This document shows, in pieces, positions 30,199 to 39,146 of a stretch of 64,000 nucleotides of DNA (position 1 is the first letter of the stretch; each line of letters opens with the position of its first letter). Origin of the DNA: Fibrobacteria bacterium (GTDB lineage: Bacteria > Fibrobacterota > Fibrobacteria > UBA11236). The notes under the pieces were generated by a model. The model was given only the letters and a program-made list of their open reading frames with translations. It did not search any database and was not told the DNA's origin. The position numbers and the translations under genes are program-made. The stretch is from contig JAYTSD010000008.1 of the NCBI GenBank assembly GCA_043745805.1, positions 64,001 through 128,000 of the forward strand, read 5' to 3'.

Positions 30199-32273
30199 TG
30201 GACTATTTGATTGATATCTTTTTGGTCCAGCCGCTTCTGCGGTTGAGGTGGCATGATACCAGGAGTTCCAGAAGCTTTTGAAATTCGGTTCTTAATAATA
30301 TCTGCTCGAGACTTATCCAATAGACTAGTTGAATCTGTGGCATTAAAACCATTATTTGAATTACTATGACAAGCCGCACAATGCGCTTCCATTAAAGGAA
30401 GTATGGTTTCTTTAAAGGATATAGGCTTTACTTTTACCGTAAAATTTTTACTAACTAATCCATGAGCGACAGTAACCGTTGCATTACCGGCTTTTTTTCC
30501 CACTAGTCTTCCGCCAATTAAGGTCACGAGAGCGGTATCGGCTGTGCTTAGTGTGTAGGTTCTTTCGGAAGTGCTATCGGGGATCCAAATAATATAGGGA
30601 TGTAAAGTATCATCCACAGTAATGCTCGTATCCGCTATATTCAATCCAGTAAAAGCTATGGATTTCGGATTTAAAAAATTCTGCAAAATAAGCGAATCAT
30701 GTTTGTTTAATTTTGCATTAATCGGCATAAATTTGGGATCAGTATCGACTAAACCTAAGCGCTGCAAAATAATGGATTTATTATTCATTAGAGTAGCCGA
30801 ATCGGTATAATCCTTTGAAGTAGATGGACCATGGCAGCGCCCGCAATTGTATTGAACTATCGGCGATATTTGGCTATTGAATGTCGGCAAAACAATATTA
30901 AAAATAAAATTACTTTTTACGCCTCCATCTTTACTCGTCGCTTCAATTACCGTTTTACCCAATTTCTTAGCAAACAAATGATCATTCTCTCCCACTACTG
31001 TTACTTTTTGTGCATCAGCGGCATTCAAAAAGCTTAAGATGAAGTTTTGATTGCTGGCATCAATTGGAGTCCAACGGAAGGTGGGCTTTATAGTATCCCC
31101 TAATACAGCAAATGTATCTGGCGCAAAAAAGGAATTCACTTTGATGGAACGCCCGCTAATCCACTTTACCACAATGGCTATTTCGGCATCGGTAATATCC
31201 CCATTAATTGCTTGGTCGGATTGTACGGGCATGCGGCCATTATTTGCTACTCCACGTGGGCGAGTAATTCTATCCGTGATATTTATTCCATATTGCAAAA
31301 CCGCCAAGGAATCTTGCCAGTTTAAAAGCGAGGAGGGAGTATGACAAGGAAAACATTTTAAAGTGGTAATGGGTAAAACATTTTTTTTGAAATTCACTAA
31401 AATAGTCACTTTAAAAGTTGTATGAATACTGCTATCCATTGCACTAGTTACCTGAATAGTATCTACACCAAACCCTTTGGCCACTATCGTATCATTAGCA
31501 ATAGACACCAAGGAAGAAGTATTTAAATTTTTAAAAATCATCTTACGATTCGAGGCGTCGTTGGGTATTAAAGCAAGATTAGCTTTTAAAGTGTCTCCCA
31601 AATAAATACTGGTATCACGAACCGCGATTTTGGTTAATGTTACCAAATTATCATCTTTCGCGAAAACTTGGAAAAAACTATTGGCATTTCCATCCGCACT
31701 AATGATTTGCACCGAGTCTTGACCCGCACCCAAAGCTGTTATTTGATTACCCGTAACTTGCAAGATACCATTGATTTTGACTTTTAAGGTAAAGAGTTTA
31801 TTGGAGGCTGTGTCTGGTAAAATTTTTACGGTTGGCGATTTTAATTCGCCCACATTTAAACGCAGCGTGTCCGCGGAAATATTTTTTACTAAAACTTTTA
31901 AATCTTTGCCCACCGAATCGATTGCCTTATAACCGGAATACTCAAATTGTTTATCATAAACGATGCCACCATTTTTTAAGCCAATGACTTTGACCGAAAA
32001 AATTTTGCCCGGATTATTGGTTAATAAAACTTTGATCACCTTTGTGGTATCTTTAATTGCAACAACTTTAGTTTCCATCAACTTATTGTTCTCATAAATC
32101 TGTAAACGCAAGCTATCGAATTTACCTACTAAAGCACTGTCCAGTTTGTAGGAGAATTCGGTTTTATCTTCGGTTACTGTATGCGTACAAGCACTCCAAA
32201 AGTCGGCCGTAGCCATTATCCCTGCGAGCAGTATGAATGTTTTTAGTATTGAAGAGAAAAAACGGTTACTCAT
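30171..32273 (-). CDS. Lipoprotein with 4 Big_2-like Ig repeats and 3 monoheme cytochrome c domains
   Basis: Lipobox-like WSAC; CFPCH, CGRCH and CAACH, each preceded by F...(I/V).P(I/L) and followed by a distal MP (His/Met ligation). Confidence 0.82.
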   Translation of the reverse strand: MSNRFFSSILKTFILLAGIMATADFWSACTHTVTEDKTEFSYKLDSALVGKFDSLRLQIYENNKLMETKVVAIKDTTKVIKVLLTNNPGKIFSVKVIGLKNGGIVYDKQFEYSGYKAIDSVGKDLKVLVKNISADTLRLNVGELKSPTVKILPDTASNKLFTLKVKINGILQVTGNQITALGAGQDSVQIISADGNANSFFQVFAKDDNLVTLTKIAVRDTSIYLGDTLKANLALIPNDASNRKMIFKNLNTSSLVSIANDTIVAKGFGVDTIQVTSAMDSSIHTTFKVTILVNFKKNVLPITTLKCFPCHTPSSLLNWQDSLAVLQYGINITDRITRPRGVANNGRMPVQSDQAINGDITDAEIAIVVKWISGRSIKVNSFFAPDTFAVLGDTIKPTFRWTPIDASNQNFILSFLNAADAQKVTVVGENDHLFAKKLGKTVIEATSKDGGVKSNFIFNIVLPTFNSQISPIVQYNCGRCHGPSTSKDYTDSATLMNNKSIILQRLGLVDTDPKFMPINAKLNKHDSLILQNFLNPKSIAFTGLNIADTSITVDDTLHPYIIWIPDSTSERTYTLSTADTALVTLIGGRLVGKKAGNATVTVAHGLVSKNFTVKVKPISFKETILPLMEAHCAACHSNSNNGFNATDSTSLLDKSRADIIKNRISKASGTPGIMPPQPQKRLDQKDINQIVQWIDFFFTP
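30180..30189 (-). repeat. T10 homopolymer at the frameshift junction of the cytochrome/Ig gene
   Basis: Coding strand reads CAG TGG ATA GAT TTT TTT TTT ACC CCC TAA. Confidence 0.9.
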
Positions 32274-32968
32274 TTTAATTCTCCATTAATAGTATGTACC
32301 TGGGTTTTGGTTTCGGTTCCGCCGGTACTATAAAGCACTATGCCGGTGATGGTCGCAGCTGCTGCTGTTCCACCGGCGATCCACATCCACATTTTAGAAG
32401 AGTTATTTTGATTCGTAAGCGAAGTACTTGTTCCGGGTACCTTTTTTGCCTCATTGCGTTTTTGCAAAGCAATGGCACTATCAAAAGCCGGATTGCTATG
32501 ATTTGTTTTTACCCCTTCTTGCTCTTCAAAACGCGAACGTACACGTCTGAAAATAGCTTCGATGCTATCGCCTACTCCCAAACGTGATAAGTTTTCTTCT
32601 GGAGAAATTTTAAGCATTTGATACAAAAAACTTTCAGCTTTTTTTTTTGTCACTTCATCCGCACCGTAAATCACACCGAGGTATTTGTAAATAAAAACGG
32701 AGTCGTCGCGATTGCGCATTTGTCTTTCACGACGAATGTTTTCTAATAACTTCACCAATTGTTCGAAGTCACCTTCTTGATAAAGGTTTTGCGCTAAGTT
32801 TTTATCCAGTCCATTTTGATTGTTTTTACTTGGAGAAGATTTAGAGGAAGAGGTATTTGTTTTGGTGGACGAGGTTTTCGCTTCTTTTGCATGCAATAAA
32901 AGTGGAAGCAGGCAAATCATTGATAATCCCAAGCAATATCTTACTTTCATAGATTCCTTCGATGCCAA
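32270..32968 (-). CDS. Exported TPR-like protein with C-terminal Gly/Ala-rich membrane segment
   Basis: Signal peptide, one TPR-like unit (LYQEGDF...YKYLGVIY), C-terminal WMWIAGGTAAAATITGIVLY; ATGA overlap with the cytochrome gene. Confidence 0.65.
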   Translation of the reverse strand: MASKESMKVRYCLGLSMICLLPLLLHAKEAKTSSTKTNTSSSKSSPSKNNQNGLDKNLAQNLYQEGDFEQLVKLLENIRRERQMRNRDDSVFIYKYLGVIYGADEVTKKKAESFLYQMLKISPEENLSRLGVGDSIEAIFRRVRSRFEEQEGVKTNHSNPAFDSAIALQKRNEAKKVPGTSTSLTNQNNSSKMWMWIAGGTAAAATITGIVLYSTGGTETKTQVHTINGELK

Positions 32969-33109
32969 AATAATTTCCCAACGATATGAATTTCTCGTGA
33001 ACCACGAAAAAATCGAATTGCGTTTCGTTCAGTGAGAAAAATTAGATATAAAGTGAACAAAGCCCCAACCAAAATTGGGAGCTAAAATGGAATTTAAAAG
33101 GTCTATTCG

Positions 33110-34705
33110 CTAGGTCATTACGGAAAGTTCTGCAAAATGAATAATAAAGGTAGTGCCCACACCAGGAACGGAAATAAGCTCCATGTTATAGCCCATTAAG
33201 TCCAATATTGATTTTGAAATACTCAAACCCAAACCTGTTCCGCCATATTTTCGGGAAGTGGTTGTGTCGGCTTGTTGAAAAGCCTCAAAAACTACTTTTT
33301 GTCGGTCGGGAGGGATACCGATGCCAGTATCACTTACGGCTATACTTTTTGGCTTTTGTGTATTTGGATCGACGGTTACGCTGACCTTCACCCAACCCTT
33401 GGCAGTAAATTTCAAAGCATTCCCGATCAAGTTAATTAAAACTTGCTTCAATTTACCCGCATCCGTATCCATAGGAGCCATCATCATTGGTAACTCACAG
33501 ATTACGGTAACTTCAGTGTTATGTGTTTGACCTTCAAAATGTGGAATTATTTCATGGAGCAACTCGGCTAGCGATATGGAAGTCCATTGCATATCAGGCT
33601 TTCCCGCTTCGATTTTTGATAAATCGAGAATATCATTAATTAATGAAAGTAAATGTTTTCCATTGTCGAAAATACGTTCCAAATACTGAACTTCATTTTC
33701 CGCCAAATGCCCTACTTTATTTTTACGCAAAATATTGGCAAAGCCGAGAATAGAATTTAATGGCGTTCTTAATTCATGACTCATATGCGCTAGGAATTCG
33801 CTTTTGGCAGCATTGGCCTTTTCTGCCCACTCCTTCGCTTCCTGCGAGGCTTTTTCTAGTCGCTTGCGTTCCGTGATATCGCAGGTTACATTGGCAAAAC
33901 CTCGCAAATAGCCGGTTTCATCATGTAAAGCCGTCACTACCGAGTTGGACCAAAATAGGCTTCCATCCTTACGTACCCGCCATTCTTCCTCTTCACATCG
34001 ACCAAGAGCCGCAGCTTCCCGTAAAATCTTTTCGGGACGTCCTGAGGATATATCTGCAGCAGGGAAAAGTCGAGCGAAATGTCGTCCCATAATTTCTTTA
34101 GCGGTATAGCCTTGAATTCTTTCTGCCCCTGCATTCCAACTCATGACATGGCCATCGGGATCGAGCATGATAATAGCATAATCTCGCACCCCTTCCTCAA
34201 TTAAGCGAAAACGTTCTTCACTATTACGCAGCGCTAATTGGGCGCGCTTCTGTTCCGTAATATCGTGTAATACGCCAGAAGCTCCAAGTACCGTACCTTG
34301 CGAGTTACAATTTACCCGCGCATACATTTCTAGCCAACGGAATCCACCTTCACATTCAAGGAAACGGATTTCTTGTCGTAAGAACTCGCGTTTTTGTTGC
34401 ATTAAATCCCAAAAAAATTCTGTATGTAGAGATTTTTCTTTAGGATGCACAAATTCAAAAAAACTTTTGCCCAAACTTTGAGCAATAGAAAAACCGGTAA
34501 TTTCAGACCAAGCCTGATTTAAAAAAATCCAATGCCCTTGCGCGTCGGTTTGAAATAATACATCACGCAAATCATCTACCACCAAACCCAGCTGGGCTTG
34601 GCTATGCTGCTGTTGAGGGGATAAGCCTGCGGATATATCGCTCCCTTTTGCTTCGTACGAGAATGAATTCAAATCGGCAATCATAATTCGTCTCTTAAAA
34701 TCCAT
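33110..34705 (-). CDS. PAS-PAS histidine kinase (likely start ATG 34684)
   Basis: Two PAS/PAC domains, KSEFLAHMSHELRTPL, NALKFT, DTGIGI, GGTGLGL. Confidence 0.92.
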   Translation of the reverse strand: MDFKRRIMIADLNSFSYEAKGSDISAGLSPQQQHSQAQLGLVVDDLRDVLFQTDAQGHWIFLNQAWSEITGFSIAQSLGKSFFEFVHPKEKSLHTEFFWDLMQQKREFLRQEIRFLECEGGFRWLEMYARVNCNSQGTVLGASGVLHDITEQKRAQLALRNSEERFRLIEEGVRDYAIIMLDPDGHVMSWNAGAERIQGYTAKEIMGRHFARLFPAADISSGRPEKILREAAALGRCEEEEWRVRKDGSLFWSNSVVTALHDETGYLRGFANVTCDITERKRLEKASQEAKEWAEKANAAKSEFLAHMSHELRTPLNSILGFANILRKNKVGHLAENEVQYLERIFDNGKHLLSLINDILDLSKIEAGKPDMQWTSISLAELLHEIIPHFEGQTHNTEVTVICELPMMMAPMDTDAGKLKQVLINLIGNALKFTAKGWVKVSVTVDPNTQKPKSIAVSDTGIGIPPDRQKVVFEAFQQADTTTSRKYGGTGLGLSISKSILDLMGYNMELISVPGVGTTFIIHFAELSVMT

Positions 34706-35076
34706 TGTGCAACCACCGCTAATAGTACCGTATCATCGAGAATCGGCTTCGAGACATAATCATTAAATCCTGCCGCTAAAAACTTCTGTCTATCTCCCGT
34801 CATAGCATGAGCGGTTAATGCGATCACAGGGATTTTTTTCCAATTATTTTCCGTACGGATTTTTTGTAAAACTTGCAAACCATCCATTTCAGGTAAAGAA
34901 ATATCCAGTAAAATTAAATGCGGTTTATTTTCATTAAAGTCCGCGAAGGCCTCTCTACCGCTTGCGTATTGGCTAATAGCATAAAAATCTTGCAGAATAG
35001 CTTCCGCTAATAATCGATTATCGGGATTATCTTCTATGATAGCGATTTTTTGCATGAAACCTTTCGCAACCCTCAT
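34681..35076 (-). CDS. Single-domain response regulator (DivK/CheY-like)
   Basis: IIEDN, LLDISLPEMDG, ALTAHAM, SKP. Confidence 0.92.
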   Translation of the reverse strand: MRVAKGFMQKIAIIEDNPDNRLLAEAILQDFYAISQYASGREAFADFNENKPHLILLDISLPEMDGLQVLQKIRTENNWKKIPVIALTAHAMTGDRQKFLAAGFNDYVSKPILDDTVLLAVVAQWILRDEL

Positions 35077-35174
35077 TACTCATAAATTATAAGGGGTGGA
35101 AAACTCTATGAGCAAAGAACTCTCGAAGAGGCTTTTGCCCCCTCTGAGTTTGTTTGAGGAAAAGTTGCGAGGTT

Positions 35175-35540
35175 TTAGTGAACGGTGGTAATACGCATTG
35201 CGCGTTCACGGCGCAGCCAACTACTGGCATTATCTAAGGAAACACTTAATTGAGTTAATAGAGGCAAGACAATATCTTTTTCTCCATTTTCAGCCATGGT
35301 CTCAATGCGTTGCGCCAAGTCTCGCACTTCCGTAGCACCTACGTTACCTGCACTTGACTTAAGGGAATGCACCGCACGTGAAATGGACTCCAAATCACCT
35401 ACTCTTCCACCCAAGCAGGCATCATCCAAACGCTGCGGTGACCGTTCTAAAAAAATATCGATCATCTTGTTTAATAATTGTTCTCCACCCAATTTTTCTA
35501 ATCGGGTTAAGGCATTTGCATCCGCCAATATCCCACGCAT
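35175..35540 (-). CDS. Stand-alone Hpt phosphotransfer protein
   Basis: AVHSLKSSAGNVGA motif. Confidence 0.9.
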   Translation of the reverse strand: MRGILADANALTRLEKLGGEQLLNKMIDIFLERSPQRLDDACLGGRVGDLESISRAVHSLKSSAGNVGATEVRDLAQRIETMAENGEKDIVLPLLTQLSVSLDNASSWLRRERAMRITTVH

Positions 35541-35732
35541 AAAATCCTCAATCTTTCTTAAATCATTTCACCTAGCTCTCTCATTGTATGTCGGGCTAAG
35601 GTTTTTGTCCAGAATTTTGTACAAAAATTATATGGGATTTTAGTTCCCATTATTGCTCTAGAATAACTGAAGGAAGGGGATGATTCATACTTTGGGCCTC
35701 GCTTTTTCTATGGAATATTTAAATTTCCTCAA

Positions 35733-36401
35733 ATGCAAGATTCTATGAATTCACTCGGCGCTATATTTGACTGGGATGGCGTTCTTATTGATTCTTCAGC
35801 CCATCATGAAGAAAGTTGGAATCGTTTAGCAGCAGAAAATCATTTCCAGTTACCGTTAGGCCATTTTAAGCAAGGTTTTGGAATGAAGAACGAAGCCATC
35901 ATACCGACGATTTTAAATTGGTCACAAGCCCCTGCGGAAATCCAAAGACTGTCTTTACGCAAAGAAGAATTTTATCGTGAAATTATTCGCGAATGGGGCA
36001 TTTCGCCCCTCCCTGGAGCAGAAGCCTTTTTAATTTATTTGCAAAGTTTGCAAATCCCCTGTGTTGTTGGCTCCTCCACTCATCGAAAAAATATTGTTTT
36101 ATCCTTACAGGTTTTGGGATGGAATAAGTTTTTTAAAAGCTTGGTCACCGCCGAAGATGTAAAAGCGGGTAAACCCGATCCTGAAGTATTTCTTAAAGCC
36201 GCCGCAAAAATTTCCGTCGATCCCAAACAGTGTGTAGTTTTTGAGGATGCCCATGCTGGAATAGCAGCTGCCTTGGCCGGTGGAATGAAAGTAGTCGCTG
36301 TAACCACTACACATGCGGCCTCCGAATTGCAAACAGCACATCGAGTTGTTGAACGTTTAGATGAATTGCAACTCGCCGATTTAAAAAATCTATGGTGCTA
36401 A
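35733..36401 (+). CDS. HAD-superfamily phosphatase (beta-phosphoglucomutase-like)
   Basis: FDWDGVL, GKPDPEVF, VFEDAHAG. Confidence 0.9.
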   Translation: MQDSMNSLGAIFDWDGVLIDSSAHHEESWNRLAAENHFQLPLGHFKQGFGMKNEAIIPTILNWSQAPAEIQRLSLRKEEFYREIIREWGISPLPGAEAFLIYLQSLQIPCVVGSSTHRKNIVLSLQVLGWNKFFKSLVTAEDVKAGKPDPEVFLKAAAKISVDPKQCVVFEDAHAGIAAALAGGMKVVAVTTTHAASELQTAHRVVERLDELQLADLKNLWC

Positions 36402-36515
36402 AAATCAATGTATTTGTTACCCGATATGTTACCGAATGCTATTTCAAAGCGTCTCATTCGGATTAAAGGCAACGAGGCTTTTTCATTTTTTAGTGCAGAA
36501 TAATCCGGAGTATCC

Positions 36516-38108
36516 TTGAACAAAGATGAAAAACAACATTTGCTGGAAAACGTGGAGTCACGCACCTTTGCCGAATTAAAGGCAAGTTGGCAAAATTCTT
36601 CGAGTTTAACTCTGGAGATTTTACTTAATGATGCAGTATACCAAGAACAAGAACGTCTAAAAACTGAAAAACGAACCCGTGAAACAGCCAATCAAAAAAG
36701 CTTTTGGGATAAGGTATCTAAGCAGTTTCATCAAGTCGACGAATTAACCCGCGAAGAACTTTTAAAAACCATTATTCAGAATTATACGCAAGAAATTGTA
36801 GGAAATTTCAATCCACACTTACATAGTGCTGTAGCACGCATAGTACCCTGGTTTTTAAAAATACTATTAACGCGTATTACGCCTGCAACTTTTTTAAAGG
36901 GGATAAGTTCACGCCTTAATTTGGAAGAAAACTTAGTCATTTCGGGACCACTTGATACCATTCGCGAATTATCCAAAAAAGGTACCCTGATTCTTACTCC
37001 CACTCATGTGAGTAATCTCGATAGTATTGTGATTGGCTTAGGACTCTATCAGTCGAAACTCCCGCCCTTCACTTATGGAGCCGGGTTAAATTTATTTACT
37101 AATTCAGTTATTGCTTTTTTTATGAATAATTTAGGTGCCTATAAAGTAGATCGACGCAAAAAAAACAGTATTTATAAAAGTGTTTTAAAAAATTATGCCA
37201 CCCTTTCCATGGAAATGGGCAAACACAATTTGTTTTTTCCAGGAGGTACGCGTGGCCGACGTGGGGATGTAGAACAACATTTAAAGTTAGGTTTACTAGG
37301 TTGTGGACTTCCGGTATTTGTGCATAATTTGCAAACTGAAAAACCTAATCCCGACGTTTTTATTATCCCTTGCACGCTTTCTTATGGCTTGGTATTAGAA
37401 GCGAAAAGCCTTATCGATGAACATTTACAAGAAACCGGTAAAGCTCGTTATATTCGACCTCACAGCGATTTTAATCGCCCGATGCGCTTATTAAATTTTT
37501 GGAAAAATCTGCAAAGTATGCATTCTAAAATTCATATGCATTTTGGATCACCGCTTGATCTTTTTGGAAATGATGTGAATACCCAAGGTCAAAGTGTGGA
37601 TCGATTTGGACGAGTTATCGATAGACGCAAATATGTGGAAAACCTTGGAAAGGCGATTCAAGATGCACAACGTGATCAGGAATACACTCGAGAGTTAGGG
37701 CGTAAATTATTAACGGTTTTTCATCGCAATAATATTGCCTTAGCGACAAATATTACCGCCTACGCGGCCTTTACAACCTTACGAGAAGTTTGGCCACATG
37801 CGGATTTATATCAGTTTTTAAGGGTTGAAGGGGAGGCGCATGGTGTAAGTGAAACCTTGATTATAAAAAACATAGACTCGTTATTTAAATCACTAAAAAA
37901 TATTGCCGCGCGCCAAGAAATCATCTTAGACCCAGCACTTAATGATTTATCGAGTTCAGAAATTTTTCAAATTGGGATACAGCATTTTCGCAGCTTCCAT
38001 AACAAAGAAGTTTTACAAGTAAAAAATGGTTTGGTATTCACGAAAAACATGCGCCTTTTGTATTATTATCGCAATCGATTAGACCATTATGGTCTGGAGA
38101 ATTTATGA
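36516..38108 (+). CDS. Glycerol-3-phosphate acyltransferase (PlsB/PlsC superfamily)
   Basis: PTHVSNLD (HxxxxD), GAGLNL, FFPGGTR; adjacent to gpsA. Confidence 0.82.
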   Translation: MNKDEKQHLLENVESRTFAELKASWQNSSSLTLEILLNDAVYQEQERLKTEKRTRETANQKSFWDKVSKQFHQVDELTREELLKTIIQNYTQEIVGNFNPHLHSAVARIVPWFLKILLTRITPATFLKGISSRLNLEENLVISGPLDTIRELSKKGTLILTPTHVSNLDSIVIGLGLYQSKLPPFTYGAGLNLFTNSVIAFFMNNLGAYKVDRRKKNSIYKSVLKNYATLSMEMGKHNLFFPGGTRGRRGDVEQHLKLGLLGCGLPVFVHNLQTEKPNPDVFIIPCTLSYGLVLEAKSLIDEHLQETGKARYIRPHSDFNRPMRLLNFWKNLQSMHSKIHMHFGSPLDLFGNDVNTQGQSVDRFGRVIDRRKYVENLGKAIQDAQRDQEYTRELGRKLLTVFHRNNIALATNITAYAAFTTLREVWPHADLYQFLRVEGEAHGVSETLIIKNIDSLFKSLKNIAARQEIILDPALNDLSSSEIFQIGIQHFRSFHNKEVLQVKNGLVFTKNMRLLYYYRNRLDHYGLENL

Positions 38109-39133
38109 GCAAAGAAAATATCGGCATTATCGGTGGCGGAAGCTTTGGCAGTGCCCTTGCAGATATTATCGGAAACAATGGGCATACGGCTTGGCAATGG
38201 TTTCGTGATCCCTCACAAGTGCAAGAGTTCAATAAGTCCCATGAAAACAAAAAATATTTACCTAGCTTTCCGTTAAGCTCGAATATTATTGCCTCCTCCG
38301 ATTTACAAGCAATTGCCTCACAGTGCCGCATTCTTTTTTTATGTGTGCCCAGTCGTAATTTTCGTGAAGTGGCGCATGAATTAGGTAATTGGGTCAAGGG
38401 CGATCAAATTCTAATCTCTACCACCAAAGGAATTGAAGCGCATTCCTTTTTGCTCATGAGCCAAATTTTAAAAGAAGAAACCTGTTGCTTAAAAATCGGT
38501 GTGTTGAGCGGGCCTAATTTAGCCAAAGAAATTGTAGCGCATATGCCGAGCGGAACGGTTATCGCCAGCAAATTTCGTGAAGTGATTGAAACGGTGCAAC
38601 AAGTTTTATCCTGTCCGTATTTTAGAGTGTACGGTAACTCCGATGTTTATGGTGTAGAATTGGGTGGCGTGTTAAAAAATGTTTATGCTTTGGCCACCGG
38701 CCTAGTCACTGCCCTAGAAATGGGCGATAATACCAAAGGCATGTTGATTACGCGCGGCCTTGCGGAAATGAGTCGCTTCGCAGCAAAAATGGGCTCCAAT
38801 CCCTTAACCTTTTTAGGACTTGCCGGTGTGGGCGATTTGGTCACTACTTGTAGCTCAAATTTAAGTCGTAACTTTCGCGTGGGCTTTGCCATTGGTAAGG
38901 GTCAAAAGCTCGAAGAAGCCTTAAACAGTATTGGAGAAACGGCTGAAGGGGTGAATACAGTGAAAATTGTTAAAGTCAAAGCAGAAGCTTTAGGTATACG
39001 TTTGCATATTCTGGAAGGATTATACGCATTGCTTTTTGGGGGCAAAGAATTAACCGAAGTGTTGCAAGAACTAATGAATGTTCCACAAATGGAAGATGTA
39101 GAGTTTATGACTTTGCTTCCTAATCACAATTAA
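38105..39133 (+). CDS. gpsA: NAD(P)H-dependent glycerol-3-phosphate dehydrogenase
   Basis: GGGSFG, TKGIE, SGPNLA, GGVLKNV, GLAGVGDL..TC.S.LSRN. Confidence 0.95.
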   Translation: MSKENIGIIGGGSFGSALADIIGNNGHTAWQWFRDPSQVQEFNKSHENKKYLPSFPLSSNIIASSDLQAIASQCRILFLCVPSRNFREVAHELGNWVKGDQILISTTKGIEAHSFLLMSQILKEETCCLKIGVLSGPNLAKEIVAHMPSGTVIASKFREVIETVQQVLSCPYFRVYGNSDVYGVELGGVLKNVYALATGLVTALEMGDNTKGMLITRGLAEMSRFAAKMGSNPLTFLGLAGVGDLVTTCSSNLSRNFRVGFAIGKGQKLEEALNSIGETAEGVNTVKIVKVKAEALGIRLHILEGLYALLFGGKELTEVLQELMNVPQMEDVEFMTLLPNHN

Positions 39134-39146
39134 TATTCATAATCCC

